Below, one piece after another: positions 28,530 through 37,609 of a stretch of DNA of 64,000 nucleotides. Position 1 is the first letter of the stretch. Each line of letters begins with the position of its first letter. Source of the stretch: a bacterium (GTDB lineage: Bacteria > UBA8248 > JACPRG01 > G963555815); NCBI GenBank assembly GCA_963555815.3, contig CAUVWX020000002.1:64001-128000 (forward strand), given 5' to 3'. The translations under genes and the position numbers were made by a program. A model generated the notes under the pieces. It searched no databases. It was not told the origin of the DNA and saw only the letters and a list, made by a program, of their open reading frames with translations.

Positions 28530-30275
28530 GTGAAAGGATCTAGGCAGAATTTCCAAAAAGAGTTTCTTATCTTGATCGCCATCCTGGTCGGGGCGGGACT
28601 TCTTCGTTTCTACTCTCTTGGACACCCCTTTTATCATACCGATGAGGCCGCTCAGCTTCTCTCCTCTCTCCGGCTGTATCAGACAACTCCATTTCAGTTC
28701 TCGCCTCTCGCGTCCAATTTCTTTGCCCAGATTTTTTCCTATCAGTATGGTTTTGCCTCGGTAACCCTCCCATTTTTCTTCTACTGGATTCTCTCAACCC
28801 TGGGCATCCCCCTTCGGGAGTGGGTCCTCATCTTGCCGAGCACGCTCGCGGGGATGGCCGCTATTGTGATGGTCTACGTTCTGGGACGCCGGCTCTTTTC
28901 ACCAGGGGCGGGCCTTTTGGCGGCGGCCCTCTTGGCCGTCCTCCCCGAGGCGGTGGCCCACTCGCGAACCGTGCGCTGGATGAGCTACACAACCGTCGTC
29001 CAGGGCCTCACCGTCCTTGCCTTTGTCCGCTACTTTGAAAGGCCCACCCGAGGGAGGGCGTATCTGGCCTCGGCCGCCATCGCCCTTGAGATGGGAACCA
29101 ATAACACCTTTCCTTTCACCCTTCTGGCCGTCGGAGTCCTTGGACTCATCACCCTCGGGCCACAAGGGGGATCGACTTTCTGGGCGCGGCTCCGCGAGCT
29201 GCTGAGGAGCCTGCTTCGGCCGGCGGTATGGATCTTTCCGGTGGTCGTCCTCGGCATCTACTCCCTCCAATACACCTTGTCTTATCGCACAGGATTTCCC
29301 GTGGGCTTTCTGCAGCGGATCCTGGAGAAGCCCGATGGAATCGGTTCCTATGGCGAGATCTTTTGGCCGGCAGCGTTTTTGGCCTTCACGCCCCTCGTCT
29401 GTCTTGCCCTGGGGGGTGCCCTCCTCTTTGTCCTCTTTCGGTTTCGGGCCCGCCCTCACCTTCTATTCCCCGCGGTGTGGTTAACGACGATGGCCGGGGC
29501 AAGCCTGCTCTTCGTCCCCTTAGGCCGGTTCAAAATGTTGCTGATGATGGTTCCGGCGGTCCTCCTTCTGGGGGCGGTCTTTTCTGATGTGGCCTCTCTG
29601 AGCGGGCGGGTCTTCTCTTCAGCCCGGACCGCTGGTCGGTTGGCCGTGGGGGGCCTGGTGGGTCTTCTTGTCCTCTCTCCCCTGAGCTATACCCTGGCGG
29701 AGAACTTCCGATTGGACCCCCTGAGGCTTGGACTTCGTCCTGGCGTCGGTGCGGTGGGGGTGGGGGACCGGAACCGGGCCATGAAGACGGTAGGCTACTA
29801 CCTTCGGAAGCTCACCCCCCCGGAGAGCACCGTCTTTACGCCCGGTAAGGTATATGAGCGGACCATGCCCTCGGAACTCTACTTTGGCAAGCGAGTGCTC
29901 AAGGGAAGCGAGGGGGAACCGACCCTCTTCCTCACTATCCCCGAGGCCCGTGGGCAGCGCGTAGACTATGTCGTCATTTTCGAGGACGGGCCCTTTCTCT
30001 CAGAAAACGATCGGGGCTTAAACGAGGGGGCGAGGCGCCAGGCCCGAGAGTGGGGGATGAGGCTGGTGGCCAGGGTGCGGGACGGTGAAGACGTCCTGGC
30101 CGTCATCTACGGAAAGGAAGGAGAGGTCCAAGACCTCGACGTGAAGATCTATGATCCCCTGTTTGACCGGGAGTTCACCAATATCCGCCGGTGGGCTCCT
30201 GACTTCTACCTGGGCGGTTTCAAGATGGCGCGCTCCCCGCTCTTGGGGTTTTCGGAAGAGAGGGGGGAGGTTTAA
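28530..30275 (+). CDS. ArnT/PMT-like GT-C glycosyltransferase
   Basis: LRFYSLG....TDE after TM1, HSR..R.Y-like loop, many TM helices and a soluble C-terminal domain. Confidence 0.8.
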   Translation: MKGSRQNFQKEFLILIAILVGAGLLRFYSLGHPFYHTDEAAQLLSSLRLYQTTPFQFSPLASNFFAQIFSYQYGFASVTLPFFFYWILSTLGIPLREWVLILPSTLAGMAAIVMVYVLGRRLFSPGAGLLAAALLAVLPEAVAHSRTVRWMSYTTVVQGLTVLAFVRYFERPTRGRAYLASAAIALEMGTNNTFPFTLLAVGVLGLITLGPQGGSTFWARLRELLRSLLRPAVWIFPVVVLGIYSLQYTLSYRTGFPVGFLQRILEKPDGIGSYGEIFWPAAFLAFTPLVCLALGGALLFVLFRFRARPHLLFPAVWLTTMAGASLLFVPLGRFKMLLMMVPAVLLLGAVFSDVASLSGRVFSSARTAGRLAVGGLVGLLVLSPLSYTLAENFRLDPLRLGLRPGVGAVGVGDRNRAMKTVGYYLRKLTPPESTVFTPGKVYERTMPSELYFGKRVLKGSEGEPTLFLTIPEARGQRVDYVVIFEDGPFLSENDRGLNEGARRQAREWGMRLVARVRDGEDVLAVIYGKEGEVQDLDVKIYDPLFDREFTNIRRWAPDFYLGGFKMARSPLLGFSEERGEV

Positions 30276-30287
30276 GCTGGAGGGCGG

Positions 30288-30922
30288 TCAGGAGCTCGGC
30301 AAAAGATCTCTTTCGACGAGAAATTCCCGGATGGCCCTGGCGGCGATCTGACCGCCGAGCCGGTTGATGTGCGGGTTTCCCGGTCGAATGCTGATGGTTT
30401 CTCCCTCCAATCCGCGGTAATGAGGATAGAGGTCGAGGACGAGGATTCCCTTCTCCTCAGCTGCCTGTTGGACCCTGCGGTGGGTTTCGAAGAGAAGGTT
30501 AGTGCTCACCTGTGAGGATACCAGACTCCTACATGGGGAAGATCGCCAGGACGACATTCATCCCCCCCGCCTTCCTGGAACACCTCGCACGGGTCGTTGA
30601 GGATATAACCAATCAACACCAGGTCCGGCGAGGATTTGAGGGCACAATTGTTCAGATGATGAAGCTCATCGCACGAGTCATAGCCCGGGACGCCGTGCTT
30701 CGAGATGCACTCTCGATTCGGGGCGAGAGTATAGTTCTGGTCCATCGTAGAAGCGTACCTATTCAATTTTGCGCAACTACCCCAGTCTAAAAGGCCGGAG
30801 GAGATGGTGCCCCGAATGGTGACTTCCCCCAGTAAAAACAAGACCACCATCGCACCCAAAAGGAGAGAAAAATTTTGAGCGAGAGCCACTCCGCGTCGGC
30901 GACCGAGGCTCCCCATTTCCAT
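30288..30922 (-). pseudogene. SGNH/GDSL hydrolase-like remnant
   Basis: N-terminal TM..GEVTIR, GVPGY, PDLVLIGYILND, then in a shifted frame VLDL..PHINRLGGQIAA; the GDS block and large internal parts are missing. Confidence 0.65.
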
Positions 30923-30986
30923 TTCCCTTTGTCTAGGGCCTACCGTGGCGAAAATTCTGGCATACGCGACGCCAATTCGCCTGAAA

Positions 30987-31015
30987 TTGACTGACTCGCG
31001 CCCTCTGTGTATAGT
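30987..31015 (+). promoter_or_regulatory. Sigma70-type promoter
   Basis: TTGACT-N17-TATAGT upstream of the 31084 CDS. Confidence 0.7.
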
Positions 31016-31083
31016 CCTTGAACAGGCCGCGGCCGGGTTTTTCAGGGCAAGCGGCTGAACCGCCTCAACCGGACGTGTGAAGA

Positions 31084-32949
31084 TTGAATTCACCTCACAG
31101 CTCTGATCGCGCTCCCTTTTGGAAACTTGTCTTCGCCTCCCTGGTCTTTGTGGTCTTGGCGGAAGTCCTGAAGCCCCACCTCTACCGGGATGAGCTGCCG
31201 GGCTGGTGGGTGGTTTTTGTCTTCTGGGGTTTCTGTTTCGCCTTTGCCGAGTTCGTCCGACCCAGCTCCGCCCAGCGCCCCCATTGGACCATCCCAGCCG
31301 GCTCCCATTTGGCCGTCCTGGCGGGCCTCTTCCTGGTCATCTTCTACCCCCTTCGGCCCGGGATGCTCGAACCCTGGGCCTATCCTTCTTCGGGCCTCCC
31401 GGCCTGGCTCTTGCGGGTGGCCCTTCTCTTGATCCTGGGGGCCTGCGGGGGGGCCTTCGCTCGAACCTGGCGGGCGGGCGAAGGTTTGACCCCCTCCCTG
31501 GCGCCCTGTCTTCCACTCACTTTATTGTTCCTGGTGTGGGTGGGACGAGGCCTGGGAGGTGGTCTGGTGACCCCCGCCGTTGAAGGGTTTACGCTCTTTG
31601 GCGTGGCAGGTGTTCTGCTCTTCGTCTCCCGAGGGACCCGGGCCGCTCAAGTCGCCAAGAATTTGGCGTCTGGCCTCTGGCGGGAACCCTTCTTTCTCGT
31701 CTTTCTATTTCTCTTTGCGACCTCTCTTCGAGCCCTCTTCGCCTTCCAGCTCATGCAAGCGGACCTCGACCCTCGCTTCCTTGCGGGACCGGACAGCGGG
31801 ACGTACGACATTGCGGCCTGGGGGCTAACGAGCGGGGAATACGGATTTCTGGACCGAAAACTCCCCATCTTCTTTCACAACCCTGGCCCGACCCTCTTTT
31901 ACTCTGGGGTCTATTGGATCATCGGCCACCAGCCTGACGTGATTCGCTTCCTCCAGGCAGTGATGGGCGGCGTGACGTGCCTCTTCGTCTACTGGATCGG
32001 CAAGCGCGTTTTCGATGAGACGACGGGAAAGATCGCGGCCCTCCTGGTCGCAGGGCGGGGCTATCTGGTGATCTATGGGACTTATCTTGGGGCGGAGGCC
32101 CTGGGGCTCCTTTTTGTGACGGCGACGGTCCTTCTCCTCCTCAAACCTTCCAGCTGGGAGGTCGGGCGGCGGTGGGGAGGCCGGGCGTTTCTCATCGGGG
32201 CTTTTCTCGGGGTGGCCACCTTGATGCGGCCGGAGTACCAGATCTTTCCTCTGGCGGTCCTTCTCTATTTCCTGGCCCGCCTGACGAAAAGGAAGGTGGC
32301 AGTGCCTCTTCTCTTCCTCCTTGGCTTTACGGTGGTTCTCGTCCCATTGGTGGTGAGAAACGGGGCGGTCCATGACCAGTTCGCCCTCAGCGCACCAGCG
32401 GTGGTCAAGACCCAATACGCCCTGACGTCCCTGAACCCGCGGGTAGGGATCCCCCAGTCCATCTCCGACTTTGATTTCTTCCGTCGCCTGGGACAGACTT
32501 TTGTGGAAAGTCCGGGCTGGACCCTTCGCGCCATTGGGAGCGATGTGGGCTATAACTTCGGCCGGTTCTGGTGGTGGCGGTTTCAGGTTTTTAATCCCGC
32601 CTTTGTTTATTTTGAGCGAGAGGTGGGGCTTATGAATCTGATTGGCTTCCTCCTCCAGGGTTTTTTTGTCCTCGGGCTTTGGGCGGGATGGCGGTATCGG
32701 CGGCCTCTGGGTCTCCTCCTCCTCATCGTCGGCTATAAGACCCTCTTTCACCTCTTCGTGAGCGGAAATGAGTGGGGACGGGTGACGGCCGAACCCTTCG
32801 TCAATCTCATTCAGGCCTTCGGGCTGACAGTGTTCCTCACTTGGTGGTTCTCACTGAGGGGCGGGGCCCATCCCTCATCCCTCAATGGGGTCAATGAGGA
32901 ACGTACGGGTGGTGGGGGACGGCCGATTTTTGGAGCTACTGAGACTTGA
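31084..32949 (+). CDS. ArnT-like GT-C glycosyltransferase with extra N-terminal TM segment
   Basis: DSGTYD, PG.TLF, AEALG, MRPE and VRN motifs; multi-TM. Confidence 0.78.
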   Translation: MNSPHSSDRAPFWKLVFASLVFVVLAEVLKPHLYRDELPGWWVVFVFWGFCFAFAEFVRPSSAQRPHWTIPAGSHLAVLAGLFLVIFYPLRPGMLEPWAYPSSGLPAWLLRVALLLILGACGGAFARTWRAGEGLTPSLAPCLPLTLLFLVWVGRGLGGGLVTPAVEGFTLFGVAGVLLFVSRGTRAAQVAKNLASGLWREPFFLVFLFLFATSLRALFAFQLMQADLDPRFLAGPDSGTYDIAAWGLTSGEYGFLDRKLPIFFHNPGPTLFYSGVYWIIGHQPDVIRFLQAVMGGVTCLFVYWIGKRVFDETTGKIAALLVAGRGYLVIYGTYLGAEALGLLFVTATVLLLLKPSSWEVGRRWGGRAFLIGAFLGVATLMRPEYQIFPLAVLLYFLARLTKRKVAVPLLFLLGFTVVLVPLVVRNGAVHDQFALSAPAVVKTQYALTSLNPRVGIPQSISDFDFFRRLGQTFVESPGWTLRAIGSDVGYNFGRFWWWRFQVFNPAFVYFEREVGLMNLIGFLLQGFFVLGLWAGWRYRRPLGLLLLIVGYKTLFHLFVSGNEWGRVTAEPFVNLIQAFGLTVFLTWWFSLRGGAHPSSLNGVNEERTGGGGRPIFGATET

Positions 32950-35027
32950 TGGGGTCCTTAGAAGGCATCGAAAGGAGAGGATCCTATCGGGGCCTCCCGT
33001 GGTCGGCTTTCCTCATCGCCCTCGGGGTGTCTTTCGTCTTTATCCTCTGGCGTCCGCTCCCTGTCTCTCCCGATTTTGAATCCTATGACAATCTTGCCTG
33101 GCATCTGGTCCAGGGAGAAGGGTTCACGCAGGGGGGAGACCCACGGGGATATCCCGAGCTCTTCCGAACGCCTGGCTATCCTTGGTTTCTTGCCCCCTTT
33201 TATTGGACTTTTGGTCGCAGCTATCTGCCAGTTTACTTTGCCCAGGCGATCCTCCTTGGGCTGACCGCCCTCCTCATCTTTTCTTTGGTCCGACGCTCAT
33301 TGGGGGAGGGTGTGGCACGCCTTTCTTCCTACGTTGTGGCCCTCTATCCCCTTTCGGCCCTCTATGTCCCGACCATTCTGGCCGAGGTGCTTTCGATATT
33401 CGCCGTCGCCCTCTCCATCTGGATGTTCCTCTGGACCTTGGACAAAACCACCGTCTGGAGGGCGAGCTTGACGGGAGCGGTCATGGCGTACAGCGCCCTG
33501 GTCCGTCCGTCCTTCCTGCTCCTCGCCCTCGCCTGCTTTCTGGCAGCGGTTCTGGCCCAATATCCCTGGCGAAAACTTCTCAAACCCTTCTTGGTCCTCC
33601 ATCTCTCATTGGTCATCGTCCTGGGGTCCTGGGCGGTCCGAAACCTCCGGGTTTCGGGCGAGTTCATTCCCCTGAGCATTCAGGCCCCTTTGCAACTCTG
33701 GCTGGCCACTTTCAACTATGGCCCTTACACCGACCAGTTCTGGAAAAACCCTGAATATTTCTCCCAGCAGTTCTCTCTCGCCAGTCACCTCCCCCACGTC
33801 TTTGACCGGGAGGACAGGGCCTATCCTGTGGAGATCCGGCTTGAGGGCGCCGAGGCCCTGCGACCTGTGAAATTGCACTACCGCCTGGATGGCGAAGGTC
33901 CCTTCCTTGAGGTGGGTATGAGGGAAGCGGAGGACGGGCGATTCGTGGCCGAGATCCCGCCTCAGCCCTTTGGTACCAGGGTCCAGTACTACTTCAGCCT
34001 GCGAGACCTATTTCAGCCCGAGGCGCGTCTGCGCCATCCAAACCCGAAGGCCCGGGCGTTTTTTTTCTACCGGGTCCTCGAGGATGTCCTGGCGGACCCC
34101 GGACCGGAGCTGGTGGATATTCATGACGTAATCCAGTTGGGCTCAACACTTCAGGCCCCAGATCAACATCCCCTCTCTCTCCTTCACGACATTGATCGGG
34201 ACGGACGCCTGTCGGAAGCAGATCTGGAGAAGCTCTTAAAGAGATTGGGGGGCAATATGGCGCCCGCCTATCAGTTCCACCGAGAGAAGGGAGGGGGCTC
34301 TCTTCAGCTGAAGTTTGAAGATGGTTCCCAACTCGATCTCCCCCTGGCCGGGGGTCCTCACAAGGTCAACCTGTCTCGCCTGGTCCGAAGCCCTCTTATG
34401 GGTTCGGCCGGGAGGTTTGTGACCGTGGCAATACCAAGGAGGCAACCCGCCGAGGGGCTCGTCTGGCGCAAGCCAGGGGAGAACCGATTGTTCTCTTGTT
34501 CTTTCAGACGGGGCTCTCTCTCCCCCTCCCAGACGGGGGCCGGGGTGAGCGACCACCCGTTCCCCTGCTTCTGGAAAGCGGGAGGGGAGGACATCCCGGC
34601 CCAACTCATGGAGTTCAGGGCCTATCGCTCTCTCGCGCGAGACAACTTCCTGAGGGCCCCCATGACTTACTTTGGGGGGAGTCTTCTCCGGATGCCCCGG
34701 ATCTGGGTCACGGTGGGGACGACGACACCGGGACAGACCTATCTCGTACGGGGGGCGGCCTGGCTATTTCCCGCCCTCGCCGTGAGCACCCTGGGCCTCT
34801 TCGTCTTGGCGGTCATTGGCTATTGGACGGTTCGGGCGAGATGGCGCGCCCATTGGTATATCTTCGTCCCCATCCTGTACATCTCTCTTGTCCACGCCCC
34901 CTTCCACCCGGAGGCCCGCTATTCCCTTCCGGGACGGGCCTTTCTCCTGGTCTATGTGGCTGTGGCCCTGGCGGGTATTTGGCAATGGTGGAAGGGGGGA
35001 CAAGAGCAGACTACTTCCGACCCCTGA
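32949..35027 (+). CDS. ArnT-like GT-C glycosyltransferase with a large inserted soluble domain
   Basis: DFESY, FRTPGYP, LAE, VRP, W.VRN and C-terminal EARYSLP motifs; TGATG coupling to the previous gene. Confidence 0.8.
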   Translation: MGSLEGIERRGSYRGLPWSAFLIALGVSFVFILWRPLPVSPDFESYDNLAWHLVQGEGFTQGGDPRGYPELFRTPGYPWFLAPFYWTFGRSYLPVYFAQAILLGLTALLIFSLVRRSLGEGVARLSSYVVALYPLSALYVPTILAEVLSIFAVALSIWMFLWTLDKTTVWRASLTGAVMAYSALVRPSFLLLALACFLAAVLAQYPWRKLLKPFLVLHLSLVIVLGSWAVRNLRVSGEFIPLSIQAPLQLWLATFNYGPYTDQFWKNPEYFSQQFSLASHLPHVFDREDRAYPVEIRLEGAEALRPVKLHYRLDGEGPFLEVGMREAEDGRFVAEIPPQPFGTRVQYYFSLRDLFQPEARLRHPNPKARAFFFYRVLEDVLADPGPELVDIHDVIQLGSTLQAPDQHPLSLLHDIDRDGRLSEADLEKLLKRLGGNMAPAYQFHREKGGGSLQLKFEDGSQLDLPLAGGPHKVNLSRLVRSPLMGSAGRFVTVAIPRRQPAEGLVWRKPGENRLFSCSFRRGSLSPSQTGAGVSDHPFPCFWKAGGEDIPAQLMEFRAYRSLARDNFLRAPMTYFGGSLLRMPRIWVTVGTTTPGQTYLVRGAAWLFPALAVSTLGLFVLAVIGYWTVRARWRAHWYIFVPILYISLVHAPFHPEARYSLPGRAFLLVYVAVALAGIWQWWKGGQEQTTSDP

Positions 35028-35092
35028 AAGGGGTCTGACACGTCTTGCGCTACGCCAGCGACGGAAGAAGACCGGATTGCCCTGGCGCTGTG

Positions 35093-36262
35093 TTATTCCA
35101 TCTGTGGGACAGGGACGGCCTTTCGGCCGCGGCGGTTTCCATCTTTCTGGATGGCGGCGTTTAAGCGGGAGATGGAGACGCCTTCGCTCACGTACTTCTC
35201 CAGGCAGTGCAGGGCCTCTTCGTCCGGCATCTGGACCGGAGGGTGCTTCATGGTGTAGGCGGAGACGGGCAAGAGGGCCCCTGCCTCCCCCCGCTCCCGG
35301 GCCAGGCGGCAGTAGCGAATGGCATCGATGATGACACCGGCACTGTTCGGGGAATCCTCCACCGAGAGCCTCAGCTCCAGGTTGATGGACACCCCTCCAA
35401 ACCCCTGGCCTTCAATCCTCAGGAAGCAGAGCTTGTTGTCCTTCTGCCAAGGGACGTAATCGCTCGGGCCGATGTGGATATTCTCGGGGGCAAAGGGGAT
35501 TTCAAGCTGGGACTGGACAGCCTCGGTCTTAGAAACCCGCTTGGAGAGGAGGCGGTCCTGGTTCAGCATGTTCAGGAAATCTGTGTTCCCGCCCGTATTG
35601 AGCTGATAGGTCCGCTCGAGCTCAATCCCCCGGTCCCTGCAGAGCTTAACGAGGGTCCGGTGGAGGATGGTTGCCCCCAGCTGCGACTTCACGTCGTCGC
35701 CCACGATGGGGATCCCCCGCTCCCGGAAGCGGGTTTCCCAGGCGGGGTCCGACGCGATGAAGACCGGTATGCAGTTGATGAGGCTGACGCCCACCTCGAG
35801 ACAGGCCTCGGCGTAATGGCGGGTTCCCTCCTCAGTGCCGACTGGCAAGTAGTTCAGTAGTATCTCAGCCCCACTTTTATCGAGAACCGCCGCCACGTCC
35901 ATCGGCTCTTTTTCGGCGACCAAGAACGTCCTCTCCAGGGGGTGGTCCTTCATGTGAGGCGAGACCCCGTCCAAGACAGGGCCCATGGAGACCGTCACGC
36001 CATAATTGGGCAAGTCTTCGACAAGGGTCATGGTGCAATTGGGAGGGGCGAAGGCAGCCTCATGGAGGGGTTTCCCAACCTTGCGGGCGTCCACGTCAAA
36101 GGCGGCCACCACCTGGATGTCGCAAGGCCGGTAGCCCGCTAGACGGTAGTGCATCAGGCCAATCGCCGTTTTCTCCGGCGTCTGTCGATAGTGTTCGATC
36201 CCCTGGAGGAGCGAGCTGGCGCAGTTGCCAATTCCGGTGATGGCGATTTTAATCGGGTCCAT
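35093..36262 (-). CDS. ino1: myo-inositol-1-phosphate synthase
   Basis: GIGNCASSL, NYLPVG, GDDVKSQLGAT, YQLNTGGNTDFLNM, SKT and EDSPNSAG motifs. Confidence 0.96.
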   Translation of the reverse strand: MDPIKIAITGIGNCASSLLQGIEHYRQTPEKTAIGLMHYRLAGYRPCDIQVVAAFDVDARKVGKPLHEAAFAPPNCTMTLVEDLPNYGVTVSMGPVLDGVSPHMKDHPLERTFLVAEKEPMDVAAVLDKSGAEILLNYLPVGTEEGTRHYAEACLEVGVSLINCIPVFIASDPAWETRFRERGIPIVGDDVKSQLGATILHRTLVKLCRDRGIELERTYQLNTGGNTDFLNMLNQDRLLSKRVSKTEAVQSQLEIPFAPENIHIGPSDYVPWQKDNKLCFLRIEGQGFGGVSINLELRLSVEDSPNSAGVIIDAIRYCRLARERGEAGALLPVSAYTMKHPPVQMPDEEALHCLEKYVSEGVSISRLNAAIQKDGNRRGRKAVPVPQME

Positions 36263-36791
36263 AGTGCTTTTACCTCGCCCTGCTTGAACGAGAGGTTGCA
36301 AGGCTTCTGCCGGCCTCCTCTGTCGGTGTCAAAGCCGAAAAAACCCTGGTGAGCGGGCTGCTTACGAAACCGCTCCATGTTTGGCCGGGGAAGAAAGAAG
36401 GTTTTTCAGGCAGACCATTTCCCTTGAGGAAACGGGGCGGGGAATCATCTTGTCTGAAAAGTAGGAATCTAGAAGAAGATAAGGAGGGATGAACAGGTCT
36501 ATCTGGGGGGAGGGGACACTCCTGCTGCCCCGCTATTCGATAGTTGCTTTTTGCCAGGCGGACCCGGTTTAAGAAATGCCGCTGCCAGACCCACGGGGAT
36601 CGGCGGACTCGGGGGTTGTCCCGGGCAGGGGCGGAGGGTGAACCGTCAGAGCGAAATTTTTCTCTCGTCAAACCTTCGGACCTCACCGTCCACCTCAACA
36701 GGGAACTCTCAGAGGGATTCCCCTTCACGGAAACGCCTATTCAAGCCGAATCTCCCGGTCTCTGTCAAGCCGGAATTCTCCCCATTTCCCC

Positions 36792-37053
36792 TCAAGCTCC
36801 CCCCAGGAGGGAGTCGAGCTCGCCCGAATCCTCCAGGCGCAAGAGATCGGGTAAGCCCCCGATAGCACGGCCGTCGATGAGGATCTGAGGGACGGTCCTC
36901 CCCTTTGTCAGGTCTCTCATCTCATCCCAATCCGGGGTCCCTCCGAAGACCATCTTCTCCTCAAACTTGACCCCCTTTTTCTTGAGGAACTGTTTGGCCA
37001 TTACACAATAGCTACAAGGGTTTGTGGAGTAGACAATCACCTTCGCCGTCCAT
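36792..37053 (-). CDS. grxC: Dithiol glutaredoxin (GrxC-like); ATG at 37053 is out of frame by one base, alternative GTG start at 37040
   Basis: VIVYST..CSYC..AK..L, TVPQI and IGG motifs. Confidence 0.88.
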
Positions 37054-37348
37054 CCCCCCCCTTTCCCTTCTGGGGAGCGGGAGTGACCACCCTTGCGCCC
37101 AAGAACCATTCGAAGAAATGTGAACATGCTGGTCAACAAGTTTAATCGTCTCCCCTTCACTTTGGGGCGCGAGTCATCTTGCCCCCGCGGCCCAGGACCG
37201 TCGGTAGAAATACTAATCAGACTGATTACAAATCTAACCGCCTCGACCCGTCTCGTCAATATCGTTGCCGGTGGGGCCTCGGTCCCTTTGTGGGCGACCC
37301 TGAGGAGCTCAAAACCCCTGTGGGAGGTCTGGTGGGGCGGTCTTGAGC

Positions 37349-37377
37349 TTGACATCCCGCTTGAGGCCCAATACCCT
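37349..37377 (+). promoter_or_regulatory. Sigma70-type promoter of the trp operon
   Basis: TTGACA-N17-TACCCT, 28 bp before the leader ORF. Confidence 0.7.
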
Positions 37378-37405
37378 TGGGCAAGAATGAAGGAGTATCA
37401 GGAGG

Positions 37406-37480
37406 ATGGTCGTGAAGTTTGTTTTTTGTTTAAACCTCTGGTGGGGGCTTGCCAAGGGGAGGGCTGCGGCCAGGGCCTGA
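37406..37480 (+). CDS. trpL: trp operon leader peptide
   Basis: MVVKFVFCLNLWWGLAKGRAAARA* has tandem TGG codons; AAGGAG/GGAGG RBS; followed by a terminator before trpE. Confidence 0.88.
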   Translation: MVVKFVFCLNLWWGLAKGRAAARA

Positions 37481-37495
37481 GGACAACAGGAGGTT

Positions 37496-37543
37496 AGGGG
37501 CCGCGCTCCCACCTGGAAAGGGGGCCGCGGCCTTTTTGTTTTT
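37496..37543 (+). terminator. trp attenuator terminator
   Basis: AGGGGCCGCG-CTCCC...GGGGG-C-CGCGGCCTT followed by TTTGTTTTT. Confidence 0.85.
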
Positions 37544-37609
37544 CAGCGAAATCGGAGGAGTTGGGTCACGCGGGAGAGGGGGTTTCACCTGCTGTGATTC
37601 CGTCAGGAC

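Noticed and set aside
37054..37355. 100-aa N-terminal extension of glutaredoxin in the ORF track
   Set aside because: No similarity to known domains; overlaps the trp promoter region; a better start lies at 37053/37040.
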